This document shows, piece by piece, positions 38,557 to 50,361 of a stretch of DNA of 64,000 nucleotides. The DNA comes from Mobula hypostoma (taxonomy: Eukaryota), in assembly GCF_963921235.1 (NCBI RefSeq), contig NC_086097.1, positions 223,698,001-223,762,000 of the forward strand, written 5' to 3'. The notes below the pieces were generated by a model. The model did not search any database. It saw nothing but the letters and a program-made list of their open reading frames with translations, and was not told the origin of the DNA. Numbering within the stretch: the first letter of the stretch is position 1; the number at the start of each line of letters is the position of its first letter. Position numbers and translations under genes: made by a program.

Positions 38557-38885
38557 AGAGGGAGGTGAGGGAGTGTAGGGGGAGGGAGGTGAGGGAGTGT
38601 AGGGGGAGGAGGTGAGGGTGTGGGGGGAGGTGGTGAGGGAGTGTAGAGGGGGAGGGAGTGAGGCAGTGTAGGGAGGTGAGGGAGAGTAGGGGAGGGAGAT
38701 GAGGGAGTAGAGGGGGTGAGGTGAGTGAATGGAGGGAGTGGGGTGGTGTGAGGCAAGTGGGGGAGAGGGTCAGGGAGTGGAGGGGTGAGGGGTGGGGGAG
38801 AGGGTGAGGGGTGGGGAGTAGGACAGAGGGGGGAGTGGATGAGGTGGGGGGAGCAGATGGGAAAGGGGTTGAGGGAGGCAGGTGG
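38557..38885 (+). repeat. G-rich low-complexity tract (GAGGGAGTGTAGGGG-like units)
   Basis: Dense G3-G7 runs and very few C on the plus strand. Confidence 0.9.
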
Positions 38886-39900
38886 TAAATAGAGCTGATC
38901 AGGGAGGTCACTTAAGGTAAACATTCAGAGCTGGGCAATGGCAGAGCAGGGTATACTAAGGGTTATTATTGGCCTGTACTGGCTGGTGGGAAGATTCTTG
39001 CAGACACAGACTGGTTGTAGTGAGGGTTATTGTCTAGAAGGTGATCACTGTTGCTCAGAGAGAGGTTGGGATGGGGGAAATTGTGAGTGACCTCATATTG
39101 AAACATAGGCAGGGCCCTTCATTCCATATTTGTAAGTTAATGCAAACAGACTATTCTCATCTGCTGTTCACGGTGGGATCATTTTCTCCCCTTCACAGCC
39201 TCTAGCCTGATGGTGCTCCAACTCAACCCCACACTTCCCGCTTCTGTCTAAATCTTGATGAGTGCCTTGGCCCAAAACGTCACCAGTTCTTTTCCCAACT
39301 CATCTCATTGAGTTCCTCCAGCAGTTGGTTTGTTGCTCTGGATTCCAGCATATAGAGTCTCTTGTATCCTTGAGGTGCTTCTGTGGATTGTTGTACCAGC
39401 ATTCACCCAATGGAACTGAAACGAATAACTGAGTTTTGAAACAGAAATAAAGGCAAAAGTGATGGAAATGCTCTGCAGGTTAGCCGTCAATTAGGTGACT
39501 CTTCATCCCCTTATGCAAAAATAATTTTTTTTGGCAGTTAGGTTTTGGGGACCATAGAGCAAATGATACCCTGCAGTTCAGGTTCCCACTGAAGACTACT
39601 GGATAGCATATCTCCTGTAGTCCCCAAAGCCTAACTGCCCTTGTTGACTCACTGGGAATGTAGGTTCTTAGCAGTAACCTGTGGATAGTGGGTCCCAGAC
39701 AGAATAGTAGAGGAGGCAGTGAACAGGAGGGCTCATTTTGGGCCAATGTCCAATAATCTCAGACTCTGAGTATTAGACTAGATATGATGTTTAAGGTACA
39801 GCGCATGAAGAGGTCCAAGAATTTGACTGAGTGCCGTAACAAATTAGGAAAAGAGAGAAACGAGAACTGGACAAAATGGGATATATAAGATACAAAATAA

Positions 39901-40064
39901 AATCACAAATGAGAAAAATCTGCAGATGCTGGAAATCTAAACAACACACACAAAATGCTGGAGGAACTCAGTCCTGCCAAAGGATCTTGGCCCGAAACGT
40001 CAACTGTACTTTTTTCCATAGATGCTGCCTGGTCTGCAGAGTTCCTCCAGCATTTTGTGTGTGT
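39901..40064 (+). mobile_element. Fold-back Penelope-like element with mutated core
   Basis: gtcCTGCCAAaggatcttggcccGAAACGTC; TSD TACAAAATAA (39891-39900, 40065-40074). Confidence 0.7.
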
Positions 40065-40659
40065 TACAAAATAATGGTTTAGACTTGGCAGAATTGCAGC
40101 TAAACCAAAGAAGCTCCCTTTGAAAAAAACGTTGATGGCATATAGAGAGTACAGAACAGTCATGATTCACTTAAAGACCCTTTCATTAGGGTATGAAACA
40201 AATGATGATCCAGTTTAGTTGGGTAGTCCTGCAAATTCAGTCCAAGTCTTGTGCCGAATGAGAGCAGGACAGTATTTCAGTAGTGGGAACAGTGACTGCA
40301 GCAGTAAGGACAGGAACCACAGAGTCTATTACCCATGCCACCCCGGCTTGAGCTCACATCCCCCTTTGGCTAAATACCCTGTTTGCTTTAATTATGAGTT
40401 AGAAGGGCCTGTGCTGCACTCAATAAATAAATAAAAATTAGACTGCCAGAGTAAGATCTCAACAACTTCTGTATCCTTTCGGCTGTATACTATGTGTTTT
40501 GTTGAATGATGTGTAGTCTGTCTATAAAAACTAATATACAGATGACTGATTCCATACTGTTGTTATAAGAAGTGTTTACGTATTTCTGGATCTCATCCGG
40601 TTTCTTTATTATAAAGGGGTACATTGTAAAGGTTATTAAAGGATGTTTATTGTGTTTAG

Positions 40660-40970
40660 AACAGTTATTACCCCTCAACCATCAGGTTCTTAAACCAGAG
40701 AGAATAACTTCACTTACCTCATCACTGAGCTGTTTCCACAACCTATGGACTCTTCATCTCATGTTCTCAATATTTATTGCTTATTTATTAATTATTATTA
40801 TTTCTTTTTGTATTTGCACAGTCTGTTGTCTTTTGCATATTGGTTGTTTGACTGTCTTGTTGGGGGCGGCCTTTCATTGATTCTATTGGGTTTCTTGTAT
40901 TTACTGCAAGAAAATGAATCTCAGGGTTGTATATGGTGACATGTATGTACCTTGATAATAAATTTACATG
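40660..40970 (+). mobile_element. Rex1/Babar 3' end
   Basis: Homologous to 25790-26140. Confidence 0.65.
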
Positions 40971-41869
40971 ATGAGTTTACGGCGTGTCACTCTTTAAAGG
41001 TGCTCACATAGAGGTATTGTCTGCATACAGTACTTTGGCTGACATTGAATCCAGAGTGAAGGTGAAGCTAGTTCAACAGCTTCTCAATAGTGCTCCAGAA
41101 TAGTTCCTGTTAACTGGAAGTTTGTTGGAGGTGAAGTGCAGTACTCAGGCAAAAGAGAATGAAAAAGGGTCTCAGAGAAATGATTGAGTTTTGCTTCAGA
41201 CTGGTATGCTCCGAGATTGGCTCTGCTGAAGAGCTGTTGGTTCATAAAGCAAACACAGATGATGAAATTCATCATCACTTTCAATGTGCCAGCTTTTAGT
41301 AATCTGACACAAAGTGTATTCAAGTCATCAAATTGGGCACAAAACTCACCATCTACCAGGCTATAATAATCCTCGCATTCCTATATGCATCTGAACATTA
41401 CACTACCAAAAATATTTATCTCAAAGATTCTACCCCTGTTGGCACAAAATTCTTCAAATCCACTTGCAGGATAAGAAAATCAATATCAATGTAGTTTTTT
41501 GGACCAATGCCCTAGCATTGGTTCAAATCATTCTCAGGCATGCCTAATACCAAATGGATAGTCTGTTATCAAGTTCTGTCAAAGAGTAGACAGGAAAAGA
41601 TTTATTTAAGAATCTGAAAGCCTCTTTGAAAACATAAGACATCATTGTAGGTTCTGAGAATGCCTAGCATAAAAGTGGAGAACTATAAGGCTATGTGTTG
41701 ACAGCAGGCACACGTAACTATAAGGCTATGTGTTGACAGCAGGCACACGTGGTGGAAGGAGCATAATAGAGCCCACCCCGTGCACTCCTGACCCACTGCA
41801 GCAGTGTCTGTGGTTCACACATTGGCTCCATCAGTCATGTCTGAACTCACAGAAATGGAGTGAAAGTAA

Positions 41870-43360
41870 ACTCAAGAGATTCCATGGATGCCGTGGGCTA
41901 AGCACACACCCCTGAGGTGCCCCAGTGTTGATCATCCACGAGGAGGAGATGTTATCACCAATCTGCACAGATTATGGTCTTCTGGTTCAACTCCTCAGTC
42001 AGGGATCCAATTGCAGAGGGAGGAACAGAGGCCCAGGTTCTGCAATTTCTCAATCAGGATTGTGGGAATGATGGTATTAAATGCTGAGCTGTAGTCGATG
42101 AACAGCATCCTGGGGTAGGTATTTGTGTTGTCCAGGTGGTCTAAAGCTGTGTGGAGAGCCATTGAGATTGCATCTGTCATTGAGCTATTATGGCGATAGG
42201 CAAATTGCGATGGGTCCCGGTCCTTGCGGAGGCTGGAATTCAGTCTAGTCTTGACCAATCTCTCAAAGCATTTCATCACTGTCGATATGAGTACTACTGG
42301 ATGATAATCATTAAGGCTGCCCACATTCTTCTACTTAGGCACTGGTATAATTGTTGCCTTTTTGAAGCAAGTGGGAACTTCCGCAGAGAGGTTGAAAATG
42401 TCCTCGAATACTCCCGCTAGTTGGTTGGCACAGGGTTTCAGAGCCTTACCAAGAACTCCATCAGGACCTTCTGCCTTGCGAGAGTTCACTCTCTTTAAAG
42501 ACAGCCTAACATCGACCTCTGAGACAGTGATCACAGGGTCATCAGGTGTAGCAGGGATCCTCACAGCTGTAGTTGCGTTCTCCCTTTCAAAGTTTGTATA
42601 GAAGGCGTTGAGGTTATCTGGTAATGAAGCATCGATGCCATTCATGCTATTGGGTTTCGCTTCGTAGGAAGTAATGTTTTGCAGACCCTGCCAGAGTTGC
42701 CGTGCATCCGATGTCATCTCCAACCTCATTCAAAATTTTCTCTTCGTCCCTGAAATAGCCTTCCGCAAATCATACCTGGATTTCTGGTACAGGCCTGGGT
42801 TGCCAGACTTGAATGCCACAGATCTGGCCTTCAGCAGATGACGTACCTCCTGATTCATCCACAGCTTTTGGTTTGGGAATGTACAGTAAGTCTTTGTAGG
42901 CACACACTCATCCACACAAGATTTAATACTCATCCAGGGTTGAAGATGAATCCCTGAATACAGTCCAGTCCACCGATTCAAAGCAGTCCTGTAGGAGCTC
43001 CTGTGCTTCCCTTGTCCATACTTTCTTGGTCCTCATTACTGGTGTTGCAGTCTTCAGTCTCTGCCTTTTCTCAGGGAGTAGGAGTACAGCCAGGTGATCA
43101 GACTTCCCGAAGTGAGGGTGTGAAATAGTACGGTAGGCATTCTTGATGATAGTGTAGTAGTGGTCCAGTGTTTAGTTCCTCTCGTATTGCAAGTAATCTG
43201 TTGCTGGTAATTGCTTAGTGATATTTTCAGACTGGCCTGGTTAAAATCTCCCCAAACGATGTGAAGGCGTTAGGATGCGCTGTTTCGTGCATGTTGGTCC
43301 CATTACTCAGATCACCTAAAGCCTGCTTGACATTGGCCTGAGGTGGAATGTAAACTGCTT
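41870..43360 (-). mobile_element. Rex1/Babar LINE fragment between the two promoters
   Basis: [11 protein letters not shown]...[13 protein letters not shown]; homologous to 14660-16370. Confidence 0.85.
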
Positions 43361-43487
43361 AATGTGAGAAAGTAAATTAACAGTACAAAATAGCATACAT
43401 TCAGTTAACTACATTAATCGCAATTTATTCGTACACTCTCCCACTTGATGATCCGAGGCGGTAGTGGTGGAAAGAGAGAAAGCTGGA

Positions 43488-43650
43488 CGAAGGGTCCTGA
43501 CGATCGGTCCTGACGAAGGGTCTCGGCCTGAAACGTCGACTGCGCCTCTTCCTATAGATGCTGCCTGGCCTGCTGCGTTCACCAGCAACTTTGATGTATG
43601 TTGCTTGAATTTCCAGCATCTGCAGAATTCCTGTTGTTTGCGTTAAAAAA
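43488..43650 (+). mobile_element. Penelope-like hammerhead element in the TMEM70 promoter region
   Basis: Intact core 43506-43541 preceded by partial core copies; flanking AAAGCTGGA (43479-43487, 43651-43659). Confidence 0.8.
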
Positions 43651-43776
43651 AAAGCTGGATCCCGTTCCACCAAATGGCCTGAATGGGAGGGGGCGGAGCT
43701 ACTGCTGTAAACTAACCCGTGGTTGGTGATTACCGGTAGCCAATGCTGTGGTGGCGTGCTTGGAGGCAGCGGGAGC

Positions 43777-43977
43777 ATGGCGGCGTTGGGTCTGGTTTTG
43801 CGGTTTGGTGCCGGTTTTACAGGGAGAACGACGACGGCGGGATGTGCGTACTCAGCCGCCAGATCCTTCTGTGTTATCAGTGGCAACAAAAACCGCTCTA
43901 TTCACCGGCTCCTGGACAGAGGGCGGTCGGAGGGTTTGGGAAGGCCCCAAGTCGCAACCAGCCGCATTGGTGCCCAG
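43777..43977 (+). CDS. TMEM70: TMEM70 exon 1 (mitochondrial targeting peptide)
   Basis: gagcATGG Kozak context in a CpG island; Arg/Ala/Ser-rich, acid-poor MAALGLVLRFGAGFTGR...; donor CAG|GTAAAA, phase 0, fits exon 2. Confidence 0.85.
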
Positions 43978-45143
43978 GTAAAAGAGGTTAGAAAGGAGTC
44001 CTGGTCACGGTTCCGTTTTGGGTCTCACTCAGCACCCGTTAACACCCGGTGAACCATTGGTCTTTGGAGGTTACAATCAACATTTGGCATAGTTGACGAT
44101 GTATATTTGTAGGTTAGAACACAGCGTGCTGAGCATTTATCTGAATCATTCTAGTTACATATTGGCGCAAATTACATGTCTTATGCCTGTCACCACCTTT
44201 CGTCTTGTTCATCTTTGTGCGTCTTAATGTTGACTACATTTTCTTTTTTTTGTCACTGCTTTGTGTAGCTGGGTGGTACTCTTGTTATCTGTCTCCATCC
44301 TTATGCATAGTTATCGAGACTTACAGCACCGAATTTGGCTCTTTAACCCAGTGTATCAGTGCCAATCGTTGTTCTCATCCATCCTAATTCAGTTTCCTGC
44401 ATTTGGTCAAAGCCTTTCTGTGTGACGTTTACACACTGCATTTGTGGGGGAAACGATTTTGATTATCTGCCTTGATAATTTTGTGTCTGTCAGAACATTC
44501 TTCAACTGTCTTCATTTTCAGGAAAATCAAACCCAGCCTCTCCAGTCTTTCCTTATAGCTGAAATGTTCCAAACCAGGCACAACTGTGGTAAATCCCCTC
44601 AGCAACTCTCCATGCAATCCCATCCCTGTATTTTGGCAATTGTCAATGATTCATCTGCAATATCTTCTTTTCCCCCTTCCATCCTATAACTTTAGAAATC
44701 CTCCAAAGATATACTGTAGGACCTCTTTCCAATATCATTTCAGAGTATCAGGTTCTGCAATTCAGCTGTAATGACTTTTTTGACCCTACTACTCACTTTC
44801 AGATAGTCTCAGAGCTTAAATAGATTTTGCCACTTGCATGTTGGGAAGGCTGATGTCATTGCTTTCTGTCTACCATCTCTTCCTAGCACTCCAATTACTT
44901 AATTCTTAACTACATCTTCTGGCAACTGCTTGAGATTGCGGCTTTTGCTTGGTGTTGAGCCTGAGAGAGCTTTGCTATCACTAACCCCTCTACTTTTTTT
45001 GCTGAAATGGTTATAATGCCATATTCTTTTGCAGTGCTAGCAAACCTTCCATTCTCCATAAGTTTCTTAGTCAAAATTCTGCAGGTTGTAATCCAACTCA
45101 CAACGTGTTTCTTTCAATCATTATTCCTGTACTCTCTGACCTG

Positions 45144-46766
45144 CAGTGCTGTGCAAAAGTCTTCAGCACATATATAAATACAGGTTTCCCCCGCCATCCG
45201 AAGGTAGAGCGTTCCTATGAAATGGTTGGTAAGCCGGAATGTCATAAAGCGAAGAAGCAATTACCATTTATTTATATGGGAAAAATTTGTGTGTTCGCAG
45301 ACCCAAAAATAACCTACCAAATCATGCCAAATAACACATAAAACCTAAAATAACAGTAACATATAGTAAAAACAGGAATGATATGATAAATACACAGCTT
45401 ATATAAAGTAGAAATACTTTTCCACAATCATTGCCTGAACTGTTCTCCGTAGCGAAAATCTCACGCAAGCACTGTCGGCAAAAACACGGCGCAAGCGCTC
45501 TCCAGTAACCTTTAAGCTATGAAGCTGCCAAATCATACCAAATAACACCTAAAAATACACTTCCGATATAAAGTAGAAATAATGTACATACAGTGTAGTA
45601 TCACTTACCGGAGTTGGGACAGCGCCGAGCACACTGATGATGGTGTGTTAGGCTGAGTCGGAGGTTGGGGTGGTGCAGTGGCCCCCACTTTCCGGGCAGC
45701 GATCCGATACATTGCCGCGAAGCATGCAGGGGTCCAGCGGTAGCCGGGACGCACACAGCACCTTTAAGGAAAAAGCCGAAATAAACATGCTAATTAATTA
45801 AGTGCCGCCCGGCGTGTAATTGTCAGCCCAGATCAGTGCTGATTGCATCGCCTCTGATCTGGGCCGACAATTATGTGTCGGGCGGCACCTAATTAATTAG
45901 CATGTTTATTTTGGCTTTTTTCTTAAAGATGTGCTGTGTGTCTCCCGGCTACTGCTGCATTCTCTGCGAATCGGTATCTGTCCGCGGCCTGGGGGTTGGG
46001 GTGGTGGGACACTGGGGTGTCATCTCGTCGTCTATTTCCATTAGGGCAGGCAGCTCATCTTCTCCTATGACTGCCCGCCTCGATGTCGAAAGTCGAGGTT
46101 CGTCGTCTTCTGTGGCTGACGTGGAAGGCTTGCTTGACTGCTGAGCCTTGCGCATTTTTCTATTATACAGTTCTTTGTAAGCACTCAAACCATCCTGCAA
46201 ATATCCCCTAAACCGACGTACCCTTTCAAAATTAAAGTCGTACTTTATCATTACTCATTTGGTTTCGATTGTTATCCTTTCCTCTTCCAATTCCATCAGC
46301 TCTTCAGCTATCAGTTCTTGATCATGGGATGCCAAAACCTCTTCAACATCTTCTTCATCAGCTTCCACAAGCCAAACTCACTTAGTCCTTACTTCCTTCA
46401 CCACGATCAAAACGCTTAATTACGTCTAGTTTTACGCTAAGTGTAACACCCTTACGAACTCTTTCAGGCTTTTCCGTTGCCATAGAACTCATCTTGCAAA
46501 CGGCTGCTCACAGGTACGTGTTTAAGCAATGCCAGCGAGATTGCAGTTCTGAATCTGGGGGAGAGCGGCTGCTCGGGGCGCGTGCTGCCTTTTATAGCGC
46601 GCTGATTTTTTTCGCGTGCTGCTTTTTTCGTAACAGTGAAAACACCTTCTGTTAGCGAAAACGGTACTAATGTAGGTCTTTCGTAACAGTGAGGTTTCGT
46701 AAAGCGAGCGTTCGAAAAGCGGGGGACACCTGTAGCTGGTGTGTTTAAGACTTTTGCATGATTATG
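45144..46766. mobile_element. Small Tc1-like MITE split by the Tigger insertion
   Basis: CAGTGCTGTGCAAAAGTCTT on the left and AAGACTTTTGCA on the right of the Tigger element. Confidence 0.55.
45181..46732 (-). mobile_element. Tigger/pogo-type DNA transposon, internally deleted
   Basis: TIRs CAGGTTTCCCCCGC / GCGGGGGACACCTG, TA TSD; minus-strand transposase C-terminal remnant (EEDVEEVLASHDQELIAEELMELE; FERVRRFRGYLQDGLSAYKELY). Confidence 0.85.
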
Positions 46767-46949
46767 TAGTAATTTATGTATTGTTTTGCTGCTGCAAAAA
46801 AAACTAGTTTCATGATGTATGTGAGTGATGATAAGCCTGATTCTGATATGGGTCTCTATTGGACTGAGAGTGGAAATAGGGCAGGGAGAGGGGAATCATG
46901 ATTGGGAAAACGGCAAGGGAAAGGGCAGGAAGCAGGAAGCACCAGAGAG

Positions 46950-49680
46950 ACACATACACCTAACAGTATGGGGTAGCATTGCTGGTTAGAGAAGAGATTA
47001 ACGCAATAGAAAGGAAGGACATTAGCCAGGAGGATGTGGAATCGATATGGGTAGAGCTGCATAAACACTAAGGGGCAGAAAACACTGGTGGGGGTTGTGT
47101 ACAGGCCACTTAACAGCAGTAGTGAGGTTGGGGATGGTATTAAACAGGAAATTAGAAATGTGTGCAATAAAGGAACAGCAGTTATAATGGGTGACTTCAA
47201 TCTACATATAGATTGGGTGAACCAAATTGGTAAGGGTGCTGAGGAAGAAGATTTCTTGGAATGTATGCGGGATGGTTTTCTGAACCAACATGTCGAGGAA
47301 CCAACTAGAGAGCAGGCTATTCTAGACTGGGTATTGAGCAATGAGGAAGGGTTAATTAGCAATCTTGTTGTGAGAGGCCCCTTGGGTAAGAGTGACCATA
47401 ATATGGTGGAATTCTTTATTAAGATGGAGAGTGACATAGTTAATTCAGAAACAAAGGTTCTGAACTTAAAGAAGGGTAACTTTGAAGGTATGAGACGTGA
47501 ATTAGCTAAGGTAGACTGGCAAATGACACTTAAAAGGTTGACGGTGGATATGCAATGGCAAACATTTAAAGATCGCATGGATGAACTACAACAATTGTTC
47601 ATCCCAGTTTGGCAAAAGAATAAATCAAGGAAGGTAGTGCACCCGTGGCTGACAAGGGAAATTAGGGATAGTATCAATTCCAAAGAAGGAGCATACAAAT
47701 TAGCCAGAAAAAGTGGTTCACCTGAGGACTGGGAGAAATTCAGAGTCCAACAGAGGAGGACAAAGGGCTTAATTAGGAAGGGGAAAAAAGATTGAGAGAA
47801 AACTGGCAGGGAACATAAAAACTGACTGTAAAAGCTTTTATAGATATGTGAAAAGAAAAAGATTGGTTAAGACAAATGTAGGTCCCCTACAGACAGAAAC
47901 AAGTGAATTGATTATGGGGAACAAGGACATGGCAGACCAACTGAATAACTACTTTGGTTCTGTCTTCACTAAGGAGGATATAAATAATCTTCCGAAAATA
48001 GTAGGGGACTGAGGGTCCGGTGAGATGGAGGAACTGAGGGAAATGCATGTTAGTAGGGAAGTGGTGTTAGATAAATTGAAGGGATTAAAGGCAGATCCCC
48101 AGGGCCAGATGATCTGCATCCCAGAGTGCTTAAGGAAGTAGCCCAAGAAATAGTGGATGCATTAGTGATAATTTTTCAAAACTCTTTAGATTCTGGACTA
48201 GTTCCTGAGGATTGGAGGGTGGCTAATGTAACCTCACTTTTTAAAAAAGGAAGGAGAGAGAAACCGGGGAATTATAGACCGGTTAGCCTGACATCGGTGG
48301 TGGGGAAAATGCTAGAGTCAGTTATCAAAGATGTGATAACAGCACATTTGGAAAGCGGTGAAATCATCGGACAAAGTCAGCATGGATTTTTGAAAGGAAA
48401 ATCATGTCTGACGAATCTCATAGAATTTTTTGAGGGTGTAACTTCTAGAGTGGATAGGGGAGAACCAGTGGATGTGGTATATTTGGATTTTCAAAAGGCT
48501 TTTGACAAGGTCCCATATAGGAGATTAGTGTGCAAACTTAAAGCACACAGTATTGGGGGTAAGGTCTTGATGTGGGTAGAGAATTGGTTAGCAGACAGGA
48601 AGCAAAGAGTGGGAATAAACGGGACCTTTTCAGAATGGCAGGCGGTGACTAGTGGGGTACTGCAAGGCTCAGTGCTGGGACCCCAGTTGTTTACAATATG
48701 TATTAATGACTTAGATGAGGGAATTAAATGCAGCATCTCCAAGTCTGCGGATGACAGGAAGCTAGGCGGCAGTGTTAGCTGTGAGGAGGATGCTAAGAGG
48801 ATGCAGGGTGACTTGGATAGGTCAGGTGAGTGGGCAAATTCATGGCAGATGCAATTTAATGTGGATAAATGTGAGGTTATCCACTTTGGTGGCAAAAACA
48901 GGAAAACAGATTATTATCTGAACGGTGGCCGATTAGGAAAAGGAGAGGTGCAACGAGACCTAGGTGTCATTATACACCAGTCATTGAAAGTGGGCATGCA
49001 GGTACAGCAGGCGGTGAAAAAGGCGAATGGTATGCTGGCATTCATAGCAAGAGGATTCAAGTACAGGAGCAGGGAGGTACTACTGCAGTTGTACAAGGCC
49101 TTGGTGAGACCACACCTGGAGTATTGTGTGCAGTTTTGGTCCCCTAATCTGAGGAAAGACATCCTTGCCATAGAGGGAGTACAAAGAAGGTTCACCAGAT
49201 TGATTCCTGGGATGGCAGGACTTTCATATGATGAAAGACTGGATCGACTAGGCTTATACACGTTGGAATTTAGAAGATTGAGGGGGGATCTTATTGAAGC
49301 ATAAAATCCTAAAGGGATTGGACAGGCTAGATGCAGAAAGATTGTTCCCGATGTTGGGGAAGTCCAGAACGAGGGGTCACAGTTTGAGGATAAAGGGGAA
49401 GCCTTTTAGAACTGAGATGAGGAAAAACTTCTTCACACAGAGAGTGGTGAATCTGTGGAATTCTCTGCCACAGGAAACAGTTGAGGCCAGTTCATTGGCT
49501 ATATTTAAGAGGGAGTTAGATATGGCCCTTGTGGCTAAAGGAATCAGGGGGTATGGAGAGAAGGCAGGTGCAGGGTTCTGAGTTGGATGATCAGCCATGA
49601 TCGTACTGAATGGCGCTGCAGGCTCAAAGGGCCGAATGGCCTACTCCTGCACCTATTTTCTATGTTTCTATGTTTTTATG
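46950..49680 (+). mobile_element. Young CR1 LINE, endonuclease-to-tail, frameshifted
   Basis: GVVYRP, IMGDFN, SDHN motifs (47088-47795); RT 48126-49304; TTCTATGT tail; same subfamily as 12221-14029. Confidence 0.95.
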
Positions 49681-50361
49681 TGTCCTAGAGTAGATCTTTG
49701 GAGGATTTCTAAAGTTAAAGGATGGAAGGGGGAAAAGAAGATATTGCAGATGAATCATTGGCAATTGCCAAAATACAGGGATGGGATTGCATGGGGAATT
49801 GCTGAGGGGATCCATAAACCTGTCCATCACTTTGTGAAGGTATTCCTTAAAGCTGGTGTCTTAACTGTGCATAAGGATATTTTAGTTATTTAAATGCTTT
49901 GTACAAGTGCCATTTATTGTTTGTTACCACTACATTTGAGCTGGACTTACTATGGAGGTTAACCGCTGCAAAGTTCTGCTCGCCTGCACTTGTTGATCTT
50001 TGAATCATTGTTCACAAATCTCTCCTCTGTCAATATTTCAGCTCTGATATTACTGATTCTGATGTATTCTTGTTCCTTGCATATTCCTGACTTAGTTTAG
50101 TATTCCCAGTGCAGAGTGCCTGCAGCTGGATGGGTCCATATCTCCAGAGTTGCAGTCCTGAACTTTAATACAGCTTCCCTTGTTTAAGAGCTTCTTAAAT
50201 GAGGGCAGGTTTGAGACCAGAAAGTGATTTTAAGGCTACAGGGATGCTTGGAATATGTGCGCAAAGAGCTGGCCAGGGCATGCAAACTAAAAGACCTGTG
50301 TGAATACTTCTGTAATGTCAGTGACATAATTTGTACGTAAATTACTCTATTGCAATACCAT

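Noticed and set aside
38424..38924. Pro/Leu/Ser-rich ORFs on the minus strand
   Set aside because: By-product of the low-complexity G tract
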